63,771 nucleotides of DNA, filler included, from Octopus bimaculoides (GCF_001194135.2; 7 parts of 7 records of this genome joined end to end with filler, not necessarily neighbours in it); one strand, 5' to 3'; positions 36,939 to 50,309 are shown, counted from the first letter of the whole stretch. The notes: generated by a model not told the origin, from the sequence alone. Numbers and translations: made by a program.

Positions 36939-38640
36939 GCATGCTAACGTTTCTGCCAGCTCACCACCTTATCAATGAGTATTAATATTAATTTTAATAT
37001 CAATGAATTTGTAGCATTATCCTTTTTTCATGCAAGCCATATACATTTCTTCAGAAAAAGCTTAAAAAATAATAATTTAACGCTTGCAATATCATGATTC
37101 TTTTTAGATTTCAGCAGGAAGAAAAGTTATGTAAATTCATACGCAGACCCACACATACACATATAATTTGTATATACAAATACAAACACACACACACACA
37201 CACACACACATACATATATATATATAGATAGATAGATATACAGAGAGAGAGAGAGAAACAGACAGGTAGAAAGACAGACATACAGAATAAGACTGAAGGT
37301 TGTTAATTTATACACAAAGAAATGCACTTGGTTTATACTGATATATATATANNNNNNNNNNNNNNNNNNNNNNNNNNNNNNNNNNNNNNNNNNNNNNNNN
37401 NNNNNNNNNNNNNNNNNNNNNNNNNNNNNNNNNNNNNNNNNNNNNNNNNNNNNNNNNNNNNNNNNNNNNNNNNNNNNNNNNNNNNNNNNNNNNNNNNNNN
37501 NNNNNNNNNNNNNNNNNNNNNNNNNNNNNNNNNNNNNNNNNNNNNNNNNNNNNNNNNNNNNNNNNNNNNNNNNNNNNNNNNNNNNNNNNNNNNNNNNNNN
37601 NNNNNNNNNNNNNNNNNNNNNNNNNNNNNNNNNNNNNNNNNNNNNNNNNNNNNNNNNNNNNNNNNNNNNNNNNNNNNNNNNNNNNNNNNNNNNNNNNNNN
37701 NNNNNNNNNNNNNNNNNNNNNNNNNNNNNNNNNNNNNNNNNNNNNNNNNNNNNNNNNNNNNNNNNNNNNNNNNNNNNNNNNNNNNNNNNNNNNNNNNNNN
37801 NNNNNNNNNNNNNNNNNNNNNNNNNNNNNNNNNNNNNNNNNNNNNNNNNNNNNNNNNNNNNNNNNNNNNNNNNNNNNNNNNNNNNNNNNNNNNNNNNNNN
37901 NNNNNNNNNNNNNNNNNNNNNNNNNNNNNNNNNNNNNNNNNNNNNNNNNNNNNNNNNNNNNNNNNNNNNNNNNNNNNNNNNNNNNNNNNNNNNNNNNNNN
38001 NNNNNNNNNNNNNNNNNNNNNNNNNNNNNNNNNNNNNNNNNNNNNNNNNNNNNNNNNNNNNNNNNNNNNNNNNNNNNNNNNNNNNNNNNNNNNNNNAATT
38101 ACCATGGTTAAGGTTAAGATAAACCTTTATGTTGTTCTGAAAATTCAGGAGTTATAATGGTGGAGACAATGTTTGTGAATTGAACAGATAAGAGATTGTA
38201 TATGAATAAAATAGATCACGGGAATGAGGTGAATATATATTCCTTCCATTCCTTCACCCTTCACACATTTCTCCATCATTAAGCTCAGTACCTACACTAC
38301 CTACATCATATGAAAATTAAAAAAAATATTTATAACATATAAATATATATATAATTATACATAAAAATACATGTAAATAAAACCCATGTGGGATATGTAT
38401 GGAAGGAAGTGTGAGAAAAAGAGAAAAGATAAAGATTTTTTTTGTTCTGTATTATATAACTTATATACAATTTATTTATTTTTTTAAAAACACATCGAAC
38501 TCTATGGACCTTATAATTGAAACTCTTAACCGCTCTTAATTTTAGTACAAAAATTTTTTATCAGTTCTCTTATTTTCACACGTCCTTCCATATGCATCCT
38601 ACATGGCTTTTATTTACATGTATTTTTATGCATATCTATA

Positions 38641-39027
38641 TAGATTCTTTTACGTGTAACAGTCATTTGATTGTGGCCATGTTGGAGCACCACCTTTAGT
38701 CGAACAAATCGACCCCAGTACTTAATCTTTGTAAGCCTAGTACTAATTCTATCGGACTGTTTGCCAAACCGCTAAGTTATGGGTACATAAACACATCAAC
38801 ATCGGTTGTCAAGCAATGGTGTGGGGACAAACATAGACAAAACATATACACACACACATATATGTGATGGGCTTCTTTCAGTTTCCGTCTACCAAATCTA
38901 TTCATAAGACTTTGGTCAGCCCAAGACTATAGTAGAAGATACTTGCCCAAGGTGCCACACAGTGGGACTGAACCCGGAACCATGTGGTTGGTAAGCAACC
39001 TACTTACCACACAGCTGCTCCTGTGCC
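38641..39027 (-). mobile_element. SINE family C
   Basis: Colinear with 26881-27300. Confidence 0.9.
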
Positions 39028-39284
39028 TCTGTATCTATATTTTATAAATATTTTTTTAAATATTCATATGTGTCAATATGCATTAATAAATGTATGCACA
39101 TCTTAAGTTGAATTTATAAATGTATGAGTATGAGTGCCTAATTTGAGTTTAATCTTAATTCTCATATATATATATATATATATANNNNNNNNNNNNNNNN
39201 NNNNNNNNNNNNNNNNNNNNNNNNNNNNTTAATTAATTAANNNNNNNNNNNNNNNNNNNNNNNNNNNNNNNNNNNNNNNNNNNN

Positions 39285-39597
39285 TTCTAATCAACAGAAC
39301 AGCCTGCTCGTGAAATTAACGTGCAAGTGGCTGAGCACTCCACAGACACGTGTACCCTTAACGTTGTTCTCGGGGATATTCAGCGTGACACAGTGTGACA
39401 AGGCTGACCCTTTGAATTACAGGCACAACAGAAACAGGAAGTAAGAGTGAGAGAAAGTTGTGGTGAAAGAGTACAGCAGGGTTCGCCACCATCCCCTGCC
39501 GGAGCTTCGTGGAGCTTTAGGTGTTTTCGCTCAATAAACACTCACAACGCCCGGTCTGGGAATCGAAACCGCGATCCTATGACTGCGAGTCCGCTCC
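39285..39597 (-). mobile_element. SINE family A (tRNA-Arg-like head, octopus OR-type), cut by a gap
   Basis: Near-identical to the reverse complement of 40899-41289. Confidence 0.9.
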
Positions 39598-40669
39598 ACT
39601 GTCGAAGGTAGTAAGTAACAAAGAAGTTATCGTATTTTCCCGAAAAAATCATCTTGCATCTCATAAACGCACGGTCATAATTTATTTACAGGCCAGTCGT
39701 GGCTCAGGAAAAGCCTGCTAAAATTAAGAAGCGTCTTATAAGCAAGCTCAAAGACTAAGTGTCTTACAAAAATGGTAGTTAATATAAGCATGATTATAAC
39801 ACATCTTCCTTTATATAATGATAAAGGCTGACGACTGCGAGTTAACTGCGAGTTAATAACTTGAAGCTTATGAAAGAGTACATATACGGACTCATATATT
39901 GAATAAAAATATATTTAGTCACGTTGCAAAATTTGGCTCCTACTTCAAATAACAGCTTTCGTCACATTCATTAATACTCCAATTTAACATTCATCCATTC
40001 ATCCATGAACTCACAAAATTCAAATGGTGATAGTTCCTGCTTTTACTGTTTCTCTTCAACACTTGTCCCTCGCAGAACAATACCTGGATATTAGGATCTT
40101 GCTGTAAGAACTAAACGAGTAGTGGGGTGGTCTCTGACAAACTAACTCTTTCTCACTCTTTCTTTACTGCTCTGTTTGTCTGTTTGCCTGTCTCTCTCTT
40201 TTACACCATTACTTGCTTTTACCAAGCTCCCTGTATCTTATTTTAAAGCTCTCTCTCTCTTTCCCTCCATCCCTCTCTCCCTCTCTGCTTCTCTCTCCTC
40301 CACGCTAACTCATATTCTGTTTCTCTCCTTCCTCCATACATGATACTAAAAGTGCACAGATGGAAGAAATATTTAAAATTCTGGAATTTACTTTTCTTTT
40401 TTTTTTATTGTTCTTCGGCCTTCCCTCTCATGAGATTTCCCCCCAATGATATGAGCATTATTTACCTCCCCGTGGTTAAGAATTAAACATAATCCTTTAA
40501 TGACTTTTATAACGAATGCTTTTAAGGTCATTCAGAGCTCTAGTGTTTCACAAGAACTTGAAGCGGTTTCAATAGACACCGATTTGAACTCAAACACAGA
40601 AGTAGGATATTGGATATAAAAAAAGCCAATTGATACGAATTAACTTGTGGTAATCATTTAGAATATATT

Positions 40670-41430
40670 TCAAAATTTATCGTTAGCACGCCGGACAAAA
40701 GACTTAGCGGCATTTCATTCGTCTTTACGTCGTGTGTTCAAATTCTGCTGAGGTCGATAAAATGACTACTAGATGAGCACTGGGATAGATGTAATAGACA
40801 TACCCTAACCCCACAAAATTGCTAGCCTTGTGCCAAAATTTGAAACCAAAATGTTTCCTAATTTATCGTTAGTATTTCTTCTTTCTTTACGCTCTAAGGT
40901 GGGGGCGCAATGGCCCAGTGGTTAGGGCAGCGGACTCGCGGTCATAGGATCGCGGCTTCGATTCCCAGATCGGGCGTTGTGAGTGTTTATTGAGCGAAAA
41001 CACCTAAAGTTCCACGAGGCTCCGGCAGGTGATGGTGGCAAACCCTGCTGTACTCTTCCACCACAACTTTCTCTCACTCTTACTTCCTGTTTCTGTTGTG
41101 CCTGTAATTCAAAGGGTCAACCTTGTCACACTATGTCACGCTGAATATCCCCGAGAACTACGTTAAGGGTACACGTGTCTGTGGAGTGCTCAGCCACTTG
41201 CACGTTAATTTCACGAGCAGGCTGTTCCGTTGATCGGATCAACTGGAACCCTCGACGTCGTAAGCGACGGAGTGTCAACAACACACACATTACATTCTAA
41301 GTACAAATTCTGCCAAGGTCGACTTTACCTTGTATTTTTTCGGGGTCAATAAAATGATTACCAGATGAGCATTGGGATCGCTGTAATCTACTTATACCCA
41401 CCCCACAAAATTGCAGGCCTTGTGCCAACA
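40670..41430 (+). mobile_element. Two tandem SINE family B copies, the second interrupted by a family A SINE
   Basis: TTATCGTTAG starts at ~40677 and ~40863. The second body resumes at 41302 (TACAAATTCTGCCAAGGTCGAC). Confidence 0.8.
40899..41289 (+). mobile_element. Full-length SINE family A with 12-bp TSD
   Basis: GGCGCAATGGCCCAGTGGTTAGGGCAGCGGACTCGCGG (TCG anticodon-like), B box TTCGATTCC, (CA)/(CAA) tail. TSD TTACGCTCTAAG (40887-40898) / TTACATTCTAAG (41290-41301). Confidence 0.92.
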
Positions 41431-41529
41431 TATATATTTCCTAATTTATCAATATAAACAATGTATCACAAAAGAGAGGTTTGCGTTTTATTTTTTAAAG
41501 TTTGCTTCTTGATCAACGTTCAAGGAAAT

Positions 41530-41750
41530 TGTTGTTGTTGTTCTTTAGCCCTAGGTCAGCCCATACTGAGTAGAGCTATGGTCAAAGATATTCCAGCTGT
41601 GTCCATAGCATCTTTCATTCAGGTACAGTTTATCTAGAGTCACTTGATTCGACGTGGCCTTCGTTTTATTGAAGATAGATGAGTACGGTATAATTTGAGT
41701 GAAATTTGGCTGCTATTTCTCACAGGTTGGACGATGTCCTGAAGATTCCT
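41530..41750 (-). repeat. Dispersed repeat family E copy
   Basis: TTTAGCCCTAGGTCAGCCC, ATTCCAGCTGTG and ATTTGGCTGCTATTTCT. Confidence 0.7.
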
Positions 41751-41824
41751 CTTTGACTCGTAGGATTTCCTCCAAAAGAAGAAATAATAATAAAAAATTC
41801 CATGCTTTTTTTTTTAATCATTTA

Positions 41825-41970
41825 TATTTTATCTGTTTCACTCACTGGACTGTGACCGTGTTGAGACACCGCCTTGAAGGGTTTAGTGGGATAAATTGAT
41901 CCCAGTGCTTATCTTTTCAAGTCTGGTACTTATTCTATCGCCCTCTTTTGCCGAGCCGCTAAGTTACGGA
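41825..41970 (-). mobile_element. SINE family C, 3' fragment
   Basis: Matches the tail half of 26881-27050. Confidence 0.7.
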
Positions 41971-42144
41971 CACGGTGGTCAATTGGTGGTGGGGGGATTA
42001 ACACAAACATAAAGACACACTCTTAGATATGTACACACACGCGCGCGTACATACAGTGATAGACATATATATATATATATATATATATGAATCTGTATGT
42101 ATGCATGTATGTATGTATGTATTATGTATGTATGTAGGCATGTA

Positions 42145-42185
<41 letters not shown>

Positions 42186-43161
42186 NNNNNNNNNNNNNNN
42201 NNNNNNNNNNNNNNNNNNNNNNNNNNNNNNNNNNNNNNNNNNNNNNNNNNNNNNNNNNNNNNNNNNNNNNNNNNNNNNNNNNNNNNNNNNNNNNNNNNNN
42301 NNNNNNNNNNNNNNNNNNNNNNNNNNNNNNNNNNNNNNNNNNNNNNNNNNNNNNNNNNNNNNNNNNNNNNNNNNNNNNNNNNNNNNNNNNNNNNNNNNNN
42401 NNNNNNNNNNNNNNNNNNNNNNNNNNNNNNNNNNNNNNNNNNNNNNNNNNNNNNNNNNNNNNNNNNNNNNNNNNNNNNNNNNNNNNNNNNNNNNNNNNNN
42501 NNNNNNNNNNNNNNNNNNNNNNNNNNNNNNNNNNNNNNNNNNNNNNNNNNNNNNNNNNNNNNNNNNNNNNNNNNNNNNNNNNNNNNNNNNNNNNNNNNNN
42601 NNNNNNNNNNNNNNNNNNNNNNNNNNNNNNNNNNNNNNNNNNNNNNNNNNNNNNNNNNNNNNNNNNNNNNNNNNNNNNNNNNNNNNNNNNNNNNNNNNNN
42701 NNNNNNNNNNNNNNNNNNNNNNNNNNNNNNNNNNNNNNNNNNNNNNNNNNNNNNNNNNNNNNNNNNNNNNNNNNNNNNNNNNNNNNNNNNNNNNNNNNNN
42801 NNNNNNNNNNNNNNNNNNNNNNNNNNNNNNNNNNNNNNNNNNNNNNNNNNNNNNNNNNNNNNNNNNNNNNNNNNNNNNNNNNNNNNNNNNNNNNNNNNNN
42901 NNNNNNNNNNNNNNNNNNNNNNNNNNNNNNNNNNNNNNNNNNNNNNNNNNNNNNNNNNNNNNNNNNNNNNNNNNNNNNNNNNNNNNNNNNNNNNNNNNNN
43001 NNNNNNNNNNNNNNNNNNNNNNNNNNNNNNNNNNNNNNNNNNNNNNNNNNNNNNNNNNNNNNNNNNNNNNNNNNNNNNNNNNNNNNNNNNNNNNNNNNNN
43101 NNNNNNNNNNNNNNNNNNNNNNNNNNNNNNNNNNNNNNNNNNNNNTTTTTTTTTTTTTTTT

Positions 43162-43544
43162 GTGAGGGATGAGTCGATTACATCGACCCAGTGTTTCACT
43201 GGTACCTATCGACACCGAACGGCTGAAAGGCAAAGATGACCTCGGCGGAATTTGAACTCAGAACGTAGCAACGGGCGAAATGCCTCTAAGTATTTTGCCC
43301 GCTGTGCTAACGATTCTGCCAGATCACCGCCTTAATAATAATGATAATCCTTTCTACTATAGGCACAACGCCTGAAGTTTTGGGGGAGGGGACTAGTCGA
43401 TTACATCGATCCCAGTGTTTCACTGGTACTTAATTTATCGACCCCAAAAGGATGAAAGGCAAAGTCGACCTCAGAACGTAGTGACAGACGAAATACCGCT
43501 AAGCATTTCGTCCGGCGTGCTAACAATTCTGCTAGTTCGCCGCC

Positions 43545-43546
<2 letters not shown>
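43162..43546 (-). mobile_element. Two tandem SINE family B copies (43162-43334, 43350-43546)
   Basis: Same body motifs as 28591-29285. Confidence 0.9.
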
Positions 43547-43587
<41 letters not shown>

Positions 43588-43589
<2 letters not shown>

Positions 43590-44135
43590 GCCCGGATGCA
43601 GTACCAGGCAGTGGCTCTCATGACTTCTGATCTTAATTGGTTGGAAGTATTATCATATATATGTTTTGTCTTGGTATAAAAGATGGGTTACATTAAATAT
43701 TCTGCTCAATACCACAGATTTGCTTGTCAGTTGTTTGACCTTAACCAGTTAAGCATGTTCCTTAATGGCTGCCAATATGTGCAAGCAGAAGTAATGGGGG
43801 ACCGTGTACTGAGAGGAATGCTTGAGGATTTGAATAATTCACCTCTGGAAACATGGGTGTTTTGCTTATCATCCTTAAACAAACCTTATTCAGGGACCTT
43901 TTGAGCAGGATGGGCTACTCAGCCTGAAGAAAATTCTAACTAGGCCCCACCTGCAAAGCTATGCGCTGTTTATCTTGATATGAAATCACTATGTCGTGCA
44001 CATATGCCTAGTGTACCTAGTGTACTACTCTTGTCAGACGGGTATATTGGGCTTCGTATATTTGTACCCCAGTGTCATTTTGATGGCATGCATTGTTTTC
44101 TCACTCAATAATAATAATAATAATAATAATAATAA
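43588..44135 (+). mobile_element. Non-coding dispersed element F, flanked by (AAT)n on both sides
   Basis: Colinear second copy at 44448-44888. Ends CTCTCACTC + (AAT)n. Confidence 0.75.
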
Positions 44136-44416
44136 ACATTTCAATATGTAAACATTACCAAACGTACTTTTAAATGTACATACTTTTTACTGTCATCTTA
44201 AGATCTCACTATCATCTTATCACCATAGTATTTTTAAAACAAACTTCTAATTTTCTTATGCTTTGACAGACATTCTTTAAAACAATATTCTGTGAGAAGC
44301 CAAAGATATGGCACCCTAGTCATAACACCAATTTGAACTTCTAACATATTGTCTCTTGAGGTCTTTGGATGAGACTTGTAGACAACTTGTACAAATACAA
44401 AGCAAAATCCAAACAT

Positions 44417-44447
<31 letters not shown>

Positions 44448-44450
<3 letters not shown>

Positions 44451-44888
44451 CAGGCAGTGGCTCTCATGGCTTTTAATCTTAACTGATTGGAGGTCTTATC
44501 ATATATATTGTTTTGTCTTGGTATAAAAGATCGGCTACAGCAAATATTCTGCTCAATAATTCACCTCTAAATAATTCACCTTTTGAATAATTCACCTCTG
44601 AAAACATGGGTGTTTTGTTCAGCATCCTTAAACAAACCTTATTCATGGACCTTTTGAGCGAGATGGGCTACTCAACTTGAAAATTTAACTGGGCTCTACC
44701 TGCAAGGTCATGCGCTGTTTATCTTGATATGAGATCACCATGTCGCGCACATATGGTTGTGAAGCATGTGCTTGGTGTACCCTTATCAGACGGGTAGTCA
44801 TGATGGATATACTGGGCTTCGTATATTTGTACCCCATTGTCACTTTGATGGCATATGCTGCTCTCTCACTCAATAATAATAATAATAA
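44448..44888 (+). mobile_element. Element F, second copy with internal deletion
   Basis: Starts TACCAGGCAGTGGCTCTCATG. A roughly 100-nt internal segment is replaced by a triplicated AATAATTCACCT. Confidence 0.75.
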
Positions 44889-47121
44889 CTAAAAATAATT
44901 TAATTTATATAGTCTATCAGAAGCTCTCTTCACTACAATATACTTGTTGAAGCTTGTCTTCTTTACAAAAACTTTTATATTTTTTTTTTTAAGCGCAAAG
45001 CGATTCTCTTCCGAAATGCTAGTCATATCACATAATTTACTTTTTTTTTCTAACTGCATTCATTTAAGAAACAGAGTTCAGATACAAAAATAATAGAACA
45101 AATAAATGAATATAGTAGATAATTCAGGCTTGTGACTTAGAATAAGGCAGGTGTATTACAAAAACTAAAATACCTAGTTTCCATTCATTCACTCTACAGA
45201 CACTCTAATGCAGTTTTTACGTGGTACAGAACATTTTTTTTTTTTTATATGAAATGTCTGACTGAATGTTACATCTGCTTTCAGTGGACAGTTGATTAGG
45301 TACATTAACTGCTCTAAAAAAAGGAACGGCTTTCACTCACTCTCTCTCTCTCTCTCTTTCTTTCTTTCATTCTTTCTCACTTGGCTCTCCCTCCCCCTTT
45401 CTCCCCCCTCTCTCTCTCTTTGTTATCTCTATTTATCAATCTATCTCTTTATGTCTTTCTCTCTCTTCTTCTCTATCTCTCTTTTCTGATTCGGTTACGC
45501 GGAGTTTGTTTATTATATTAAACTAGCAGGTAGTTAATGAGGTATACAACAGCAGCAATTCAAAGGAATGGGTAAATAAAGGAATCCGAGCAACTTTGTG
45601 CACGATATGATATCCAATATTAGATAGGTTGGCTCCAATATATGGAGAGAAAGAGGAGAGAAAAAAAATGACAGCCATCCCTGGCCTTTCGTGTGCAACA
45701 CTGTATATGGCCTCGGGTAAATGCTATCATTTAAGAACTATCCAGTTCGTGGTGGTCTTACTGGCGACAAGAATTCGTGATGAAAAAGGTCAAAGGTGAA
45801 TAGAAAGAATCACACAAATTAATAAGAGAGCGAAAAAAAAAATCTCGGTTCATAACAGTGCAATGAACGTGTACAAATGCTTGTGGAGAGCTACATCTAC
45901 CACCAAATAGAAAAGCAACACATTAACCAAGTATGAATTACTCTAAAAATAAACAATATTTTCTTTTAGTTTTAAGTGGACGACTGATAACTTCAGAGGA
46001 ATTCTTAGAATCTAATTTTCTTTCTATTAATCTAGTAATTGATTCATGTAGTTCAAGTAAGTTAGAGCAATAATGAGTAAGATATATTAGGACGGTACAT
46101 TTATAAGAATATAATAGTTTCAATTGAGGCGAACACTGACGGTGGTTCGTTTGTTGGCAAACACCTTGAAGCAAGAAGTCATAAGAAAAACCATCGACAA
46201 GCTTTAGCCAGATCGACATTTCAGTTCTCTTACTGAAAAGCATGAACGCCACATATTCTTTTTCTTGATAAAGACATCAACATCACACAGTACTAAAATA
46301 CAGGGTCTTTCTTTTTTCTTTTTTATCACACAGAAACCAAAATTAATCTATCTGCTACTGACTACAGCTATTTAGTTTTCCTTTAATTGCTTTCTTTCAT
46401 CAGTTTATTTCTAATATGCCCATGTCATTAGTTTCTCTCGGAGGATGCCACAAGAAATTAAATAACCTCGTAGTTGTTGTTGCAATTGTTATTGTTGATG
46501 GTGTTGTTATTGTTGTTATTATTATCATTGTCATCATTATTATTATTATTAGTTTTTTTTTGTGGGAGAAACAAAGAAAACTTTCTAATTGATCTTCAGA
46601 ATAATCAAAAATAAATTGGGCTCGGGAATGAATTAGCGAAAGAGCAATTTATTTCATATTATTGAAGCGGAAAAGTTAAAGTATTTGGGCGTATCCCTTT
46701 AGGGCATGTCGATATTTTAGGAGGAGTAATTCGTTTGTAAATTGTACATAAAATTGAGCAGTAAATACTTGAGATGACTACAGAGAGTTTCTGAAAGTAG
46801 AAAATATTGAACTTACTTGAAATCAAATACAGGGACAGTCGAAATTACAGAAGGAGTGCCGATCTAGAAATGGTACCTGTACACAATATGATATGCTTAG
46901 CATATCATATTGTGTAGAGGTACATGGATTTCCCGGAACCCTTAGTTCTAAAGCCTTTCCAGATAGCTGATTTTCTCGAATCAGGGGTGGTTACTTTAGT
47001 CAACATACTCTTAATTAAACATGCATTCGAATTTACTTAAATAATTGAATGAAATACAGATATCTGTACATTAGTATAAAACGATACAAGTTCATTAATA
47101 CTGAATTATGCAAGGCACCGT

Positions 47122-47506
47122 GGAGGCGCAATGGCCCAGTGGTTAGGGCAGCGGACTTGCGGTCATAGGATCGCGGTTTCGATTCCCAAACCGGGCGTTG
47201 TGAGTGTTTATTGAGCGAAAACACCTAATGCTCCACGAGGCTCCGGCTGAGGATGGTGGCTTACCCTGCTGTACTCTTTCACCACAACTTTCTCTCACTC
47301 TTACTTCCTGTTTCTGTTGTGCCTGTAATTCAAAGGGTCAGCCTTGTCACACTCTGTGTCACGCTGAATCTCCCCGAGAACTACGTTAAGGGTACACGTG
47401 TCTGTGGAGTGTTCAGCCACTTGCACGTTAATTTCACGGGCAGGCTGTTTCGTTGATCGGATCAACTGGAACCCTCGACGTCGTAAGCGACAGAGTGCCA
47501 ACAACA
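47122..47506 (+). mobile_element. Full-length SINE family A with perfect 12-bp TSD
   Basis: TSD ATGCAAGGCACC at 47108-47119 and 47507-47518. Confidence 0.95.
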
Positions 47507-47719
47507 ATGCAAGGCACCAGTAAACTAGTCTGGCAGCTGCGGACATTTGAAATTCCTGTTCAGAAATCTGTGCGGATTATAAGAGGCCCAGAACCATCAG
47601 AATCCAGAAAGTTGATGTACCTGTATTTGTATGATGTCTTCATAAAAAAGTAGATATACATTAGAGAACGCGAATATGAAACTCGATTGAATAACAGAAG
47701 GATAAATGAGATGCTTATA

Positions 47720-47929
47720 TATCATGGGATACAGAAAAGTTCCTGGCTTTAAGGGTGTCGCGAAAGGATTGGGTGGAGGCCAAAACTTCCGTGATTTTTT
47801 ACAGGACTTAGAAAAACTTAAGGACCGCTGCAGTAAGTGTGTGAATCTGAGAGGGGAATACGTTGAATAAAATCATAATTAACTGATCCTGTATTTTCCT
47901 TTACCGGGAACTCTTCAGCACCTCTCGTA
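47720..47929 (+). mobile_element. Internally deleted mariner (MITE-like)
   Basis: Degenerate TIRs GAAAAGTTCCTGGCTTTA / CCGGGAACTCTTCAGCACCTCTCG-TA. Retains the transposase end KDRCSKCVNLRGEYVE*. Confidence 0.8.
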
Positions 47930-48069
47930 TTATTGCAGCCACTTTTGTTTCTGTAGCCAAGATTTACAAAGATTGTTTTTTTTTTTTCCTCTATGGACTC
48001 ACAAAGACTGTTTCTTTTCCCCTCTAATTCTTTGAGTCTATATAATCGGAGTAAGTTTGCTATATAATG

Positions 48070-48345
48070 TTTAACATTGTCCTGTTTAACATTGTCCCGA
48101 AACAGATAAAAGAAGAAACAGATACTATCAGCTTTAAACGGAGTCTAGACAGCTTTCTTCAAAGAGTACCAGACAAGCCACCCATACCTGGATACAACTC
48201 ACTTAATAAGAACTGACTACTTGAATGGACCATAGACAAAACTTGACTGTAAAAAGGATTTAGATAATCCTATCAGGTGGTGCTATTAAGTTAGACATGG
48301 CCTGGACCAATCTTTGGTCGAAACATATCTAAGGTTTATCTAAGT
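48070..48345 (+). mobile_element. CR1/L2-like LINE 3' end
   Basis: FNIVPKQIKEETDTISFKRSLDSFLQRVPDKPPIPGYNSL, a 3' hairpin GACCA/TGGTC, and a short repeat tail. Confidence 0.8.
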
Positions 48346-48347
48346 TT

Positions 48348-48451
<104 letters not shown>

Positions 48452-49875
48452 CTTGATTATCATCTGAAAATTTAAAGTCTGCCTTCACTTTTTACATGTA
48501 TACATGTATATATATTTTGTATATTAAAATCCAAGGTTTTACCTATTTATTTGAATCATTGTCTCCATAGTCTGTTGACTTGGATTCCCTTTATAGCCAC
48601 TCTTTACCCTGCTGACTCGGTTCTCGATAAAGATATCGGAGTAGAAGTTCAAATCATTTGAGCGCTACTAAGTATTCCGATACATGCATTTATATGTGTG
48701 TGTGTGTACCGGCGTATAGCGGTGAAAGATATAGAGACCAGTGAAAAAAATTCTGATAAACCGTAGCGTCGAACAGACACGCTTTGTGGGATTTTTTCTC
48801 TCTTAAGCTTTGTAGACACTCCCTTGTCAATTTTCACTCTCTTGGAAATACTGTGAGCTAGTGATTAGCGCAATGGAAACCTATGATTAAAGGCGTTTTT
48901 GTTAACAAATGCATTATATAAAAACATAAATAAAAGCAGGCACTGCTGGTAGAATAGTGAAAAACTGTAAGTAGCAGAATTCAAAAGTCACGAGTGTTCC
49001 ATTAAGTCGCTGTCTGAGACTGAATCCTCTTGTTAAGCCATTCGAATGACTTTTCGAAGGCTAAATCATCATACGTGTTCCAATGACCCAACAAGTATAA
49101 AAGATGAGCCATCACAACCAGGATATCAAACGGTATATTGAACCAATCAGTGGAGGCTGGTTCAATATATTATTTGCACAACCTGCTAGAAATAGCAGCC
49201 AAATATCCTACAAATCATTCCTGCCATCTTCTATAAGGACATGACACATTACATAATGTAGTCCAGTACGGTGGATTCTCCGTCGGTCTCGACGATGAGA
49301 ATTCAGCTTAATTAACATGTAAGTGAAATTAACGTGTATGTGGCTGAGTAGTCTACAGATACTTGTACCTTAACCCTTTGCTTGCCCTGTTTATCATATG
49401 TGACACACAGAACAGCTACAGTTCCTGTTACACGTTCTTACATGTATATAAGAATATGTATTTCAAAACCTTCATAGAATTACAAGTTCATTCAAACATG
49501 TAACCTTACTTCAAATTGAAAAACTTACATCATTTGCGTGTACGTCCCTGATGCTATATTTTAAATATCGAGACAGCCTTTTGAGTAATAAAAGATAGTA
49601 CTTAGACATATGGTTGTCAAAATTTTGTGCTTTTATTTAAGAAAGTCAAGTAATACAATTAATTCTGAAATATTGTAAAGCGTATTCCCTTCTCTATGCA
49701 TCACAACATAGAAGCATATATGTACTTTTAAAGCAATTACCTTGATTTCTCACTCGGAGTTCACAGGACAATGGAACTGAATTGTTCGTTGTGTACATCA
49801 CATGAATGCTGAACGTCTGTGTTGCAGCCATAATATATATGCTACTTTTCGCTTCTGTTATCCTCTCTACTCAGT

Positions 49876-50200
49876 GAAGACGTGTGGCTTAGTGGTTAGG
49901 TTATTCGACTCACGATCATAAGGTCGTAAGTTCGATAACTGCCGGCGCGTTTTATCCCTGAGCAAAACACTTTATTTCACGTTATTCCAGTTTACTCAGC
50001 TGGCAAAATAAGTAGTATCTGTATTTCAAACGGGGCTAGCCTTGTCACATTCTCTGTCACGCTGAGTCTCCCTGAGAACTACGTTAAGGATACGCGTGTC
50101 TATGGAGTACTCAGCCACTTGCAAGTTAATTTCACGAGCGGGCCGTTCCATTGATCCGATCGACTGGAAACCTTGTCGTCGTAACCGACAGAGTGCCAAT
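49876..50200 (+). mobile_element. tRNA/CORE SINE sharing its 3' tail with family A
   Basis: TGGCTTAGTGG A box, AAGTTCGATA B-box-like motif, CORE-like CCCTGAGCAAAACACTTTATTTCACG, tail as in 47340-47500. Confidence 0.85.
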
Positions 50201-50309
50201 ATCAGTGTCATCCTCTCTACATTTTTAAATGGACTATGAGCATGGAATGTTCTATTTCATTCATATTTTAGAATTCTATATTATCTTTAAACGAACAGAC
50301 ATATATGCA

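Noticed and set aside
40030-40110. Possible 28-nt exon (pyrimidine tract-CAG ... GTAAGA)
   Set aside because: Too short to assess and has no supporting neighbouring exons.
40903-40975. tRNA-Arg(TCG) gene (also 47125 and 39597)
   Set aside because: It continues into a shared SINE body with tail and TSD, and the acceptor stem is not formed.
45938-46252. 104-aa non-repetitive ORF and nearby plus-strand frames as a host exon
   Set aside because: No recognisable domain, no convincing splice sites, and a length attainable by chance.
48295-48335. GACCA/TGGTC-GAAAC hairpin as a hammerhead
   Set aside because: No CUGANGA core. It is better explained as the CR1-type 3' stem-loop.
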